Assembly (NCBI RefSeq): GCF_006345805.1
Contig: NC_043003.1
Coordinates: forward strand, 16,430,001-16,494,000
Source: Octopus sinensis
Taxonomy: Eukaryota
Direction: 5' to 3'
DNA: 64,000 bases
A model generated the notes under the pieces. It was not told the DNA's origin. It ran no database searches and worked only from the letters and a program-made list of their open reading frames with translations. Numbering within the stretch: the stretch's first letter is position 1; every line of letters begins with the position of its first letter. A program made the position numbers and the translations under genes. Below, in pieces: positions 25,055 through 38,083 of this stretch.

Positions 25055-25785
25055 ATGAGGGCTGCAATCAGAAAACCACTACTTTCAGAAACAAACGTTG
25101 CAAAGCGTTTAGAGTGGAGTAAAAACCTACAGAATTGATCCCTAGAGCAGTGGAAGAATTTTATTTTCTCGGACGAGTCATCCTTTACCTTATTTCCGAC
25201 CACCGGCCGATTATACGTGTGGAGACAGCCAAAAGAATCCTTCTTCCAACTGTTAAACATGGAGGAGGATCTGTGATGATGTGAGGGGCTATAGCTTGGA
25301 AATCCGCCGGCCCGATGGTTTCCCTTCATAACAGAATTAATAGTCAAGACTATTTAAGCAATTTATCTCATCAAATTCCTCCTATGGTTGCGGAACTGTT
25401 TCTGGAGGGGAACGCAATCTTGCAGGATGATAATGCACCAATTCACTCAGGTAAAGTTGTTACTGAATGACACAAGGAACGTTCTAGTGAAGTTGAACAT
25501 CTTATCTGACCACCACAGTCCACAGATCTCAATATTATGGAACATTTATGGTGCATTTTAAAAAAACAGAAAGGAGTCGATATCCTCAACCATCATCACT
25601 ACAATGACTGGAGAGTGTTTTAACTGAAGAATGGACAAAAATACCTTTGGAAACAATTCAAACTTTGTACGAATCCATACTTCGTAGAATTCAAGCTGTA
25701 ATAACTGTCAAAGGCGGTCCTACCCCATATTAGAATAAATTTGTTTGAAGTTTTAAGGTGTTTCCATTATTTTGTCCAACCCCTG
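25055..25785 (+). mobile_element. Tc1-like transposon, 5'-truncated, with right TIR
   Basis: RKPLLSE...RLEW...IFSDESSF...PTVKHGGGSVM...LQDDNAPIH...PPQSTDLNIMEHLW (DD34E)...RRIQAVITVKGGPTPY*; TIR TTTTGTCCAACCCCTG + TA; multiple stops. Confidence 0.92.
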
Positions 25786-25838
25786 TATATACATAATATA
25801 TATATATATATATATATTATATATTATATATATATAAT

Positions 25839-25916
<78 letters not shown>

Positions 25917-26051
25917 CATATATATATTATACAGGGGTTGGACAAAATATATATATATATATATACCTCATTAACTCTGTTACACGTTTCAGTCATTTGA
26001 CTGCGGTCATGCTGGAGCACCACTTTTAGTCGAACAAATCGGCCCCAGGAC

Positions 26052-26230
26052 TGTGAGGATCTCTAGGATTTCCTCTAGACATACGTTGCACACCCGCGAT
26101 GTTCTATTCTGTTTGGGCTTCCAGATGAGCAGCTACGCAGGAAGCATTGGAGGCAGCCTGATTTAGAACACAAGGGTATGACGGTATCTGTATTTTACCC
26201 CACGTAGATAGGTGGTATGGAATTGGGAGG
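26052..26230 (-). mobile_element. Degenerate PLE GIY-YIG fragment
   Basis: Minus strand IYVG*NT ... LIWKPKQNRTSRVCNVCLEEILEILT matches the YIG / IWxLK / CxLCLxEK motifs with an internal deletion. Confidence 0.6.
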
Positions 26231-26644
26231 ACATCATACTTGTTTAAAACAAAAACCTGATCCTCTGTGAGTTCCTTTTCTATTCTTCTACTTTTCTAAC
26301 TTATTCTTGCTATCCCTTTATTTCATTTCCGGATAAGTATGGGATCTGTTTCGTTTAAATAGACGCACCATATGTAATGACATGTCTTCAAGGGTCCCTC
26401 AAGAAGTTAACAAGAATTTAAGAGTCCATAGCACGTACACACACACACACACATACATACAGAAAGAGAGGTAGTGAGGAGACGGGGAGTGATGTTTTAT
26501 AGACAGGTAACAAATGTATATCGATACATATATATATGCATACATACACACATATGTACATACATACATACACACAGACACACACACGCACATATATATA
26601 TATATATATATATATAATAATACACACACACACTCACATATATA

Positions 26645-26682
<38 letters not shown>

Positions 26683-26702
26683 TATATATATATGTACACA
26701 CA

Positions 26703-27962
26703 CATGAAGGGTGTTCATTAAAGTTTTCCCCTCAACCACTTCCGGTTACTGCAGGAAACGGAACTTGTATACGTATAATCATACATGTCTCCACAGGTCA
26801 CATTGCAAATCGCAGCTTTCCGCTAGCATTCAGTTGTCTTTTACGGTTACTGAAGTGGATTAAGGTGTTTAAAGGATGCAGTTGAATGCAGATCAGTGAT
26901 CTTATATACTTGAAAGGACGTAAACCGAAAGAGAATTTCGATGAGATGATAGAAGTTTAGTGAGACGATGCACCATCATATGGCCGTAGTCAACCACTGG
27001 CATCATTAGTTCAAATATGGTCGGACATCGCTGGAAGCTGCTCCTATTCCTGGACCATCACATTCCGCCACTGATAGCGACATCATCCATAAAGTGGAAG
27101 CCGCCATCGTGGAGATCACCGCATAACTATTCGGTAACCTGCCCAAGAACTGAAGATAATTGTAGGGTTCGTGGAAAAAAACCCATTCAAGACCATTTGC
27201 ACATGCGGATGTTGTCTGTACGATAGATTCCCTGGATACTCAGAATTTTTCAGAAGCTGGAACGAGACAATTGCTCTCAGCCTCTTTTGGCAATGTGCAA
27301 AGAAAACGAGGAGGACTTTTTCGGCAGACTTATCACACAGAATGAAACATGGGTCCATCACGATGATCCTGAAACCAAAGTCCAGCCGGAGCAATGGAAG
27401 CATGTTAACTCACACCTCCAAAGAAGGCTCGTGCCCAACACTCAGCAGGCAAGGTGATGCTCACCGTCTTTTGGGACCAGGGCGGAATAGTGATGATGGA
27501 TTTTCTGGCAAAGGGCACCACATTTAACGGGGTATATTATGCTTCTCTCCTGCAGAAATTGTGAGACACCATCAAAGCCGAGAGGTGTGGCATGATGACC
27601 AAAGGAGCTTGTCTCCTCTAAGACAGCGCCCCTGTTCACAATGTGCATGTTACTCAGATGAAAGCACACCCCTGCGGCTATGAAATCCTTCGTCATCCCC
27701 CTACTCTCACGACCTCACACCATCTGACTTCCACCTGTTTCCAACAATGAAGTCTTTTTAGAAGGGGAAACACTTTTCGGATGATGATGAACTTATTTCC
27801 GACATCTACAGACGTGGTCTTCACAGAACCATAAAGCGATGGGAGAAGTGTGTCACCACTGGCGATAGCTATGTAAAAAAGGACTAAAAATTATGCCAAG
27901 TTTCGTTTATTCCAGTCCTTGTGAAGTAGATTAGGGGATATCTTTAATAAACACTCCTCGTG
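26703..27962 (+). mobile_element. Full-length degenerate mariner (DD34D) element
   Basis: Imperfect ~30-bp TIRs (ATGAAGGGTGTTCATTAAAGTTTTCCCCT / AGGGGATATCTTTAATAAACACTCCTCGT); YLYLKG, FKYGRTSLE, NETWVHH, AGKVMLTVFWD, DSAPVH, DLTPSDFHLF, RWEKCV; many frameshifts. Confidence 0.9.
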
Positions 27963-27989
27963 TGTCTATATATATATATATATATATAT

Positions 27990-28560
27990 TAAATACAAAA
28001 TGGGACAAGACCGCAAAACATCCGGACAGCGAGGTGATACAAAAAGGGACAGCAAAATATCCAGATAGATGATACAAAGAAGACAAGGACGGGTCATTCG
28101 AAGTTTTCTTTCCTCAGTCAAGCACTAGATTATCCTCGCAATTTCGGCTGCTTATTCTTGAGATTGCCCCAATTTGGCCAGCCCCAATGAAAAACTAAGC
28201 TAAGAGCATCAGATTGCTTGGAAGAAAGCAGCGAATGTACACAAATACAAGGACGGAGAAACGGACAATCTTACACATACATAAAAACAATAAAAATACA
28301 ATAAAAATAATAACAGGACACAACAACAGGTGTCTTTCGACTAAGGACGAATTGAATTAAGCTGGTGCGTGTGGAAATGAAGCCTTATGGCAGATATACA
28401 AGAGTTTCACAAACACAGGGAAGAATATCGGTGTTGCACGGACAACGGTCAGACCAAGAATGAAAGAACAGGTTTGGCCGAGGCAGTCACGTGGGAAGAG
28501 AAGAGAGAGAAGTAGAAGCAGAGGGACAGAAGAATTAAGGAGGGGCGAGAAAAAAGGACA
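27990..28560 (-). repeat. Unclassified (TA)n-adjacent interspersed repeat
   Basis: Homologous, in opposite orientation, to 52310-52710 (shared GACACCTGTTGTT-like, TTGACT.A.GA and CGAAT...CCGTCCT blocks). Confidence 0.6.
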
Positions 28561-28731
28561 GGGACACAGTGAAGTGAAAAGGGAAGGGAAAGTAAGTAAT
28601 AAGAGAAGGCAAAGAAATGTGAGAGTGGAATGAACGAATAAGCGTGAAGAGGCTGATCGACAGGAATAGAGTCGTACAAGATTTAGATAAATATATACTT
28701 ACATATAAGAGACTTAAGTGTACGTACGCCG

Positions 28732-28734
<3 letters not shown>

Positions 28735-28826
<92 letters not shown>

Positions 28827-28902
28827 TACTACTACTATTATTATTATTATTATTATTATTTTATTATTATTATTATTATCATCATCATCATCATCATCAT
28901 CA

Positions 28903-28968
<66 letters not shown>

Positions 28969-28970
28969 TT
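28735..28970. repeat. (TA)n-(ATT)n-(ATC)n-(TA)n compound array
   Basis: Visible arrays. Confidence 0.97.
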
Positions 28971-29728
28971 ATGTATGCATACTATATGCGCAGCAATTAT
29001 AGCTGAATGATTAAGAAGGGTCGATCCCTATTTCGAGAATGAAATCGGAGTTGAAAGAATTGGATTATTCCTTTAATTAAAACGATATAATCTCGTTACT
29101 CACTGTGTCATCTTCATTCTACCTTAGTATTGCATTAAGTGTACAGGCTTTTGTGGAATGCTCAGTTATTAACATGTTAATTCAGGAGCAGATAATCCAG
29201 TTGATCACACAACTAAATCATCGTCGTCCAACTTTCGAGATACACCACCGTGTGTGACTGTATGCATATTAAAAGTTATACCAAGAGAGCCCCCATATCA
29301 AATGATTCTAAAAACGTTTCCACAAATTGTCGTATTAATACACGTGAAGTGGTGATCTGAAAACGAAACAAAACATGTACAAAATCAAAAATGAATTAAA
29401 ATTACATTGTCTGGAAATTCTTTCCAGCGATATTAGAGTAGCCATATTGGAAGAACCATCGTGTTCTATATTTAGAAATTAACGATCTTCCGTATGAGAT
29501 GAATAACATTATACGCTAAGAAGCCGCTGAAATTATGCTAACACATATACATGAAAATATCTAATACATTTCTAATTACAAGATTCATATAAAACAGAAA
29601 CGGCATAGATGCAAAGAATAGAGACATTTTTACATCTTCATAAAATCTGTAAGTTTTCATTGTTAATTTTTTTTATATTCTTTCTGTTCATATACACTAG
29701 TCTTGTGTATCGGTGTGTATGTGTGTAC

Positions 29729-29787
<59 letters not shown>

Positions 29788-30304
29788 TTTATTTTATTTT
29801 ATTTTATTTTATTTTTTTTTCAATAATTAAACTTTATTTTTATTGCATTTGGCGAAATGCCAAATCTAGTAATTACCTCATCATGCAGACTTATGAAATA
29901 TATAAAATTATATTTCAGTTACGATACCAACAAAACAACCCAGGGAAAACCCAAAAAAAATGCAATGCAAAGATGTATGCGAGAACTGATAAGTTTTGGC
30001 AGTAGTATTAGTAGTAGAAACCATATACTATATACTATAATTGAAATTATGTTTATGTTTCACCTTTAACCTTCTCAGGTTCAGCGAGTTATTCGCAGAA
30101 AAAATATCTAAGAAATATAATATCACTTTGTATATAAAATAGTAATGTGATGTCAAATTTAACGTCTATGAGTTTGCAATACTAAATGGCTGTGATTCAA
30201 TACTTTATGACTCAACCTTATATGAAATAATATATAAAGAAACTGAATATCTATCTATCTATCTATCTATCTAGGTAGCTAGCTAGCTCTCTTTCTCTCT
30301 TTCA

Positions 30305-30346
<42 letters not shown>

Positions 30347-30780
30347 TTAGAGAGAGAGAGAAAGAGAGAGAGAGAGAATGAATTAGTTGTGGAAATACAA
30401 GTTTCTGAGTCAACGATATGAGAGCTGATAAAAGAACAACTTGGCTTCCTGCTTTTTATTTGAAAACATTTTGGACGACTTGTCAGCTGAGAAATTAAGG
30501 AAGTATTCTAAGAAACGATCTTTGATTAATTTTTTTGTACCCGAGATTATTTTCTGATCAACCCAAAGATATTATACAATATTATTCGAAAAAACAAATG
30601 CCGTACTCAACTAGCTGCACGACAAACCCATCATTATGTACGATCGCCATTTGGAAACAGTAGTTTCGCTTAATTGTATAAATGCTTCGAACATGACGAC
30701 AAGATAAAGAGACTTTGTTCCTAATCAATACAAAACAATATTTTCAGTAGCAGGCGCTCTTCTTTTTTTTATTTTTCTAT

Positions 30781-31060
30781 CTCTTTTACCCTTTTACTCT
30801 TCTACTTGTTTCAGTCATTTGACTGCGGCCATGCTGGAGCACCGCCTTTAGTCGAGCAAATCGACCCCGGGACTTATTCTTTTGTAAGCCTAGTATTTAT
30901 TCTATCGGTCACTTTTGCCGAACCGCTAAGTTACGGGGATGTAAACACACCAGCATCGGTTGTCAAGAGATGTTGGGGGGACAAACACAGACACACAAAC
31001 ATATGCACACACATACACGCATACACACACACGCACACACATACACACACATACACACAT

Positions 31061-31091
<31 letters not shown>

Positions 31092-31250
31092 CATATATAC
31101 TTATATATATATACACATATATACGACGGGCTTCTTTCTAGTTTCTGTTTACTGAATCCACTCACAAGGCTTTGGTCGGCCCGAGGCCGACCAAAGACAC
31201 TTGCACAAGGTACCACGCAGTGGGACTGAACTCGGAATCATGTGGTTGGT
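30781..31250 (-). mobile_element. SINE family A with expanded (CA)n core
   Basis: Colinear with other copies; head partly missing. Confidence 0.9.
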
Positions 31251-31414
31251 ATTACAATTTTTCTTAAATATTTCGTCGGATTCCAGAATATGAATGCTGG
31301 CTGTCCGAATATGGTTCCAATGTTAATAGCTATGATATTTCTGGTAACTCACGAGAGCCAATTATTCCTTTCTTTAGCTAGCATCGGAGTAGAGCCTAGT
31401 TATTAATTCTTCCT

Positions 31415-32550
31415 CATTTTGGCACAAAGCTAGCAAATTTATAGGGAGGTGGACGCGGTTATATTCACCCCAGTGCTCAACTGGTACTTCTTTCATCAAC
31501 CCCGAAAGAATTAAAGGAAAAGTCGATCTCGGTGGCATTTGAATTCAGGATGTAAAGAGGCGGAAGGAATGTCGCTAACCTTTTTGTTCGACACGATAAC
31601 AATTCTGCCAGGATGCCACTTCGATGTCTGGTAAATTAATAATGGTTTCAAATTTTGGCAGTGTCAGCACTTTTTGAGAGGAAGAGGAAGTCAATTACAT
31701 CGACCCAAAGACTTGATTGTTATTTATTTTATCGACCACGAAAAGATGAAAGGAAAAGTCGACCACGGAAGCATTTGAAACCAGAACGTAAAGGCGAACG
31801 TAATGTTGCTAAGCATTTTGCCTGGTGTGCTAACGATTCTGCCAGCTCACCACCTTTAATTTAATAATATCCTTTCTATAAAACCACAAGGCCTGAAATT
31901 TTGCGGCAAGGGATTATATCGACCCTGGTGCTTCACTGATACTTAATTTATCAACCCCTCCCCGGCTAAAAAAAAAAAAACTTGAAAGGGAAACACAACC
32001 TCCATGGAATTTGAACTCAGAATGTAAAACACATAAAATACCGATAAGCATTTCGCCCGGCGTCCTAACGTTTCTGCCAGATCGCCGCCATTGCTTGCTA
32101 TTAATAATAACATATACATTAAGGCAGCGAGCTGGCAGACTCGTCAGCACGCCGGGCAAAATGCTTAGCAGCATTTCGTCCGTATTTATGTTGTGAGTTC
32201 AAATTCTGTAGAGATCCACTTTGTCTTTCATCCTTTCGGTGTCGATAAAATAAGTATCAGTTAAGCGCTGTGGTTGAGGTAACCGACTTATCCCATCCCA
32301 CGAAATACTGGCCTTGTGCCAAAATTTGAAACCAATGATAACATCCACATAGGGGTGTATTCGCAGAATCGTTAACTCTTCGGGCAAAATGACTTTCGAT
32401 ATCCCTTCCGGCTCTTTATGTTCTGAGTTCAAATTCCGTTGAAGTCAGCTTTTGCTTTTCATTGCTCCTGGGTCAAGAAAAATAAAAGACCGGTCTAGTA
32501 TTTGTATAGAAGTAATCGTTCAACCCCTTCCATCAAATTGTGTCTATGTT
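31415..32550. mobile_element. Cluster of five SINE family B copies (three minus: ~31415-31620, 31640-31856, 31870-32090; two plus: ~32122-32336, 32370-32550)
   Basis: Each shows the B head/body (GGCAGAA.CGTTAGCA.GCC.GGC.AAATGCTTAGC; TTCAAATTC; GTCGAT). Confidence 0.82.
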
Positions 32551-32969
32551 GTGTCTATGTTATAATTAATTATTATAAATGACATCCGCATTTCTCTCCC
32601 ATCTTGTTTCACTCATTCAATGTTGTAGTCACTGGGACACAAGATAAATTATCTTTATGATGTCATTATAAAGGGTGATAATTCCCCTCATATTCTGACC
32701 TATATGAATGTCGTAACATTCTAAGATAACAAACCGCTAATCAGTCGCACGATACCTCGCTACTTATCTATAAAAGCATAAAAGCTATTCAGAATTAGTT
32801 ATTCTGGCTCACTGGAAGTTGGGTGACATTGTTAGGGATATAGAACAGAGCTGATTACGTGATACAAAGCATTAATCAACTTATTTGATATCCTCTCTAC
32901 TGTCCTTGAGGAATTCGGGGTGTCTTTCCTATTAGTTTATCTTTCCCTTATTGTTTCAGGTAAACATAA

Positions 32970-33312
32970 AAGGGGTCAAGCTCCACTTCGATCATGAATG
33001 ACCATGGAATTGCGCCTAGAAAGCTACCCTCCGAAGCACAAGTCTGGGCAAGGTTGTTTAAGGGAAACCAACCGTCGTCAATTCATACCAGCCTTCCCTG
33101 TCCATGCCACTGATGTTATCCAAAGGAAAAACAAAGGCCGATACAGCTTGGTACCAATGATGTCGCAACCCGTTTCTACAGCTGAATGAACAGGAACAAT
33201 GTGAATTAAATGTCTTGTTCCAGAACACGACACACCTCCCGTCCTGGGATTCAAACTCACTACTTCATGATTGTAAGCCCGACGCTCTAATCACTGAAGC
33301 ATGCACCTTCAC
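32970..33312 (-). mobile_element. tRNA-derived SINE, family D (C-related head, different tail)
   Basis: Minus-strand head GTGAAGGTGCATGCTTCAGTGATTAGAGCGTCGGGC...GAGTTTGAATCCC. Confidence 0.7.
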
Positions 33313-33806
33313 GTAAATGTAAACACGGAAACAAAGTAGGTTTGTTGTTCCAAATTTACCAAACGTGAAGTTACCTTGCTAAAAAAAATCCCTCTTTTTA
33401 TTATTCTCATTCATTGCAGAGTTTTCTTCACCGAGATACAAATATTTATTTGGTATGTTACCATCTAAGGTAGGAATTTTATGCTTACCTTAATTTCACT
33501 TCAATTCGACTTCATCATAGAGTCATGATCACCAAGTTACTTAACTCACAAGTCACGTAACCGTGTCCCATCAAGGTCGTTTTGCTACACTTTTGATAAA
33601 GACTCATGATTTAATTATACATGCCTTAGTTTATCTTAAAACTGGGTATTTATTTAAGTCAATGGTTAAAGAAGTGTTTTGTGATCGCTTACTCCCAAGG
33701 AATATGACATAAAGAGCTTCTAATCAATTTTAAGCAATTTGGGAAACGGCATAAATTAAGTGGCATCAGGCATTTTCGGTTATACAGACACATAGACAAA
33801 CACAAC

Positions 33807-34222
33807 GCGGCGAGCTGGCAGAAACGTTAGCATGCCGAGCGAAATGCTTAGCGGTATTTCGTCTGCCGTTATGTTCTGAGTTCAAATTCCGCCGAGGTAA
33901 ACTTTGCTTTTCATCCTTTCGGGGTCGATAAATAAAATACCAGTTTCGCACTGGGGTCGATGTAATCGACTTAATCCCTTTGTCTGTTCTTGTTTGTCCC
34001 CTCTATATTTAGCCCCTTGTGGGTAATAAAGAAATAGGTATTTCGTCTGCCGTTACGTCCTGAGTTCAAATTCCGCCGAGGTCGACTTTACCTTTCATCC
34101 TTTCGGGGTCGATAAATAAAGTACCAGTTTCGCACTGGGGTCGATGTAATCGACTTAATGCGTTTTGACTGTCCTTGTTTGTCCCCTCTGTGTTTAGCAC
34201 CTTGTGGGCAGTAAAGAAATAT
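33807..34222 (+). mobile_element. SINE family B, head-to-tail dimer (second unit headless)
   Basis: Unit 1 33807-34037; unit 2 restarts at GTATTTCGTCTGCCGTTA and runs to the same tail. Confidence 0.9.
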
Positions 34223-36539
34223 ATACGAACACTCACATATACGCACATACACACTTACATATATGCACACACGCACAGAGACACACACGCATACACATTT
34301 ACACGCGCGCACACATGCATATAGACGTAATGTAAATGTGTAAGAGTACTTGTATGGTAGCAAGTGTGTACATGTGTCTGGCATAAAAAGCCTTTGATTT
34401 TTCACATTATATATTTGTTTGTGTTTACGTATATTATGTTTGGTAAATATGTTTGTCGATTTATTACAAAGTTAATTGTGGGCAGTAAAGACGCAAGACT
34501 ATTCGTTTATTGACTAATATTTCACATCTCGGGTACAGATCATAAAATGAATTGTGACGTAATCTAAAAAAGCAGCAATTTCTGTAATAAATGCTTATTG
34601 AACGAGTCATTTCAGTAATGTGAGCCAGCTGATTGCAATTAATATATTATTAGTCATTTAGTACGTGATTCACTAAAGATTTTATATGATTTAATTTTTA
34701 GGAAGGTCAGTACAAATCGTTTTACACACTTATATTGAGTCACTGATGTTTAGAATATAAACTCTATGATGTTTGAAGGAGGAAGTGGAAGAAAATGGGG
34801 AAAGACTTGGCAATGATAATTGCTTGTTTAGGAAATTCTTAAAGCAGTGCAATGCTACCCAAGCAACTTATATCCAATAAACCTACATTCTGTAGATTTT
34901 TCTTCGATTTTTGCAGACATCAGTTTTATTGGAGATACACTGTGCTTCATATTGGAAATACATTTAGCTTCGTGATATATTTATCTCGATTCTTTAGTCG
35001 ATGTTATTACAGGTGAAATATATTTTGTTGAGGTAATAAATGGATAGAGTAGATTAGCTGCCTATTGAAGATTTTACAAATATAATCATTGTTCAAACAT
35101 TAGTTTCACATTGAAGAATTGTCTTTGTTTTATTATATTGATTATAGTTACTGGGGTTATACTGATACTAAGTATAAACAATACTGACTATTTAACTGCT
35201 TGCTTATATTAAATGCAAACAATTAATTATATAGGATTAGCAGGAAACTGATGGTCATTGCCTTTATTACTCACACCGATTAATAAGGTTAAATGAGATT
35301 GTATATAAACAAAGTTTTCCCCAAAGCATTATCAATGTCAGGAATGATGTAAAACGAGTTACATACAAGAAGAACTGAATGCAATCGCGCGGTCTTGTTC
35401 CCAGCAGCTCGGAACTATTTGTCAAATTGGAATCAATGAAGATGCTTCAATGTAACAAAAAATCAATATGGTGATTATCACTAGAGGTTTATTCAAATGA
35501 AGTTGCTCCAGCCAAGCGAAATGAATTATTCGTGTAATCTTTAAAAGCGTATAGTTTTGGTCTGTGATCAAATGCAGCAGAAAATTATCTGTATCCAAGT
35601 AAAGATAATTTGACACCATATTTGAGTATTATTTGATAATAAGTTAGGAGTGATCGTAGCTGCGACAATTATGAATAAGGAGACATTTAAATTTACACAA
35701 TATTTCCCTTTTCATATTTCCATTATAAAACAAAATATGTAAAATAAAAAAATGAAGCGCAGTCAAAACTGTTATGCCATGTTCAGGAATGTACAAGGAG
35801 GAGGTTATGGGCGAATTGTATTTTATATTTCACTCTGTAAACTTTTGATAGTCTAGGATCTCTTCTCAGATCTGTGGTTTCACTTGAAGATCTTGAGTGC
35901 ACAAGCTTCCGATATTCTCATTAAATGGCTCACTAAACTTTATGAAATCCGCATTCCTTTATGTTCCATAATGTGCATGCGTTTTGGACAATTAGTATAG
36001 CTAATGTTATAGTTCTTACCTTCAGTAACATGCACAGGGTGTCGAGAGAGAGAGGGAGGTGATTAACCTTTAAATAAAATATTCTTTAAGTATAAGAAAA
36101 CCACTTTTAAGTTAAAATTATATTTATTGAATTTAAACGGGGTGTAAAACAAAGCTTTTAGTTTTTGATAACATTTTCAAAGATAGTAAGTGAAACCGTT
36201 AATATAAATATGGAAAAGAAAAGAAAGCGGGTAGAAATAAAAATTGCATGTTACTGCGGTTGGGCATGAAGAGAATAATTCTGTATGCTTATGTAATAGC
36301 TTAATATGATGCTTCAAGATCAATAGATTTCCCATTATCCTGAGATTATAAAAGATATTTAATTTCACGTAAATTAGTGCTGTATCTAAAAAGACACCAC
36401 TTAGTAACATGCCATTATTTTTCAATAACTATAGATCAGTTGCAGATTTTGTGTCTATTGTTCTCTGTAATGTTCGAAATGTAAAGATATGCTGTCGACG
36501 TCGGCTATTTAATTACTTCGCTCTCGTACCTATGTACTA

Positions 36540-36844
36540 GCACTCCGTCGGTTACGACGACAAAGTTTTCAGTTGATCCGCTCAATGGAACAGCCTGCTC
36601 GTGAAATTAACGTGAAAGTGGTTGAGCTCTCCACAGACACGTGTACCCTTAACGTAATTCTCAGGGAGATTCAGCGTGATACAGAATGTGACAACGCTGG
36701 TCGGTCCTTTGAAATACTGGTACATCTCCTTTTTGCCAGCTGAGCGGTTTGAAGCAACAAGGACACAACGCACAGCTGGGAATCGAACTCACGAACTTAC
36801 GAACATGAGTTGAATACACTAACCACTAAGCCATGCGCCTTCAC
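36540..36844 (-). mobile_element. tRNA-derived SINE (C/D-related head, CAGGCTGTTCC-type tail)
   Basis: Minus-strand head GTGAAGGCGCATGGCTTAGTGGTTAG...GAGTTCGATTCCC; a decayed tail copy lies at ~29100-29270. Confidence 0.75.
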
Positions 36845-37012
36845 CGTACTTGTACACCCAGTGCCATTTTAGTTAACGTTTTATGTGATGGAGTAATAAG
36901 AGATTTCTCCAAGCAGCTTCCGTTGACTGTTACAAGGCAGAATGCATTTTTGACCTCTATTGCTTGTCACTGGTGACTTAAATTACTCAGTATTTCTTTA
37001 TTAACCATGGAT

Positions 37013-37246
37013 ACTCTTTTACTCTTTTACTTGTTTCAGTCATTTGACTGTGGCCATGCTGGAGCAGCGCCTTTAGTCGAGCAAATCGACCGCAGGTATT
37101 ATTCTTTGTAAGCCTACTACTTATTCTATCGATCTCTTTTGTCGAACTGTTAAGTTACGGGGACGTAAACACACCAGCATCGGTTGTCAAGCGATGTTGG
37201 CGGGGACAAACACAGACACACAAACATATACACACACATACATACA

Positions 37247-37280
<34 letters not shown>

Positions 37281-37465
37281 CATACATACATATATATATA
37301 CACGACGGGCTTCTTTCAGTTTCCGTCTACCAAATCCACTCACAAGGCTTTGGTCGGCCCGAGGCTATAGTAGAAGACACTTGCCCAAGGTGCCACACAG
37401 TGGGACTGAATCCGGAGCCATGTGATTGGTAAGCAAGCTAGTTGTCATACAGCCACTCCTACGCC
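37013..37465 (-). mobile_element. SINE family A, full length
   Basis: Tail, (TACA)n core and tRNA-like head all present. Confidence 0.93.
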
Positions 37466-37777
37466 GATGTTCATTTTATTTTCATTGTAATCTATATCTT
37501 CATTTTAGCTTACAATCTTCTGTATCCCCTTCAAATTATACTTGATGTTTAATTGATTTAATAGCAAAATTAACTGAACTTCGTTCTGTTACTAAATTAA
37601 TAAGTATCTACGGGGTTAAGGTTAAAATATGCACTTTATCAGAAGAAAAACAGAAAATCTCTATTAAACATACATTTCTATTACATTACTTTTCTATTGC
37701 TATACTGAAGTCTCTATTAGCTGGTGTTTTTCATCTTCAGTAAAGGACCTCGTGCATAATGAGTGAGCTCCCTTAAT

Positions 37778-38083
37778 TTATTTGTTTGTTCCTTCTCGAG
37801 CCATGCTTGGCTCATAAGGGCTGGTTTCCCGGTTTCCTTGGTGTATAGGTTCCCCACTTGGACGGGACGGCGGTCCGTCGCAGGTGAGCTGCAAGATGCA
37901 GGAGGAAAGAGTGAGAGAAAGTTGTGGCGAAAGAGTCAGCAGAAGTTCGCCATTACCTTCTACCTGAGCCGCGTGGAGCTTAGGTGTTTCGCTCATAAAC
38001 ACACATCGCCCGGTCTGAGATTCAAACCCGCGATCCCTCGACCACGAGTCCGCTGCTCTAACCACTAGGCCATGTGCTTCCAC
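37778..38083 (-). mobile_element. SINE family C
   Basis: Homologous to 24655-24960 and 41405-41712. Confidence 0.85.

Noticed and set aside
28095-28125. CTGAGGA...CGAAT...CCGTC motif, also echoed at ~52585-52630 (CTAATGA...CGAAT...CCGTC)
   Set aside because: GAAU instead of GAAA and no stem I or stem III pairing in either copy; not called as a hammerhead, though the shared motif merits a consensus check
32941-32966. Pyrimidine tract-CAG|GTAAAC resembling a recursive splice site
   Set aside because: Abuts a SINE tail that supplies the composition; no evidence of a host intron
35340-35620. Possible decayed piggyBac/hAT C-terminal remnant
   Set aside because: Only scattered Cys/Lys words across frames; no TIR or TSD found
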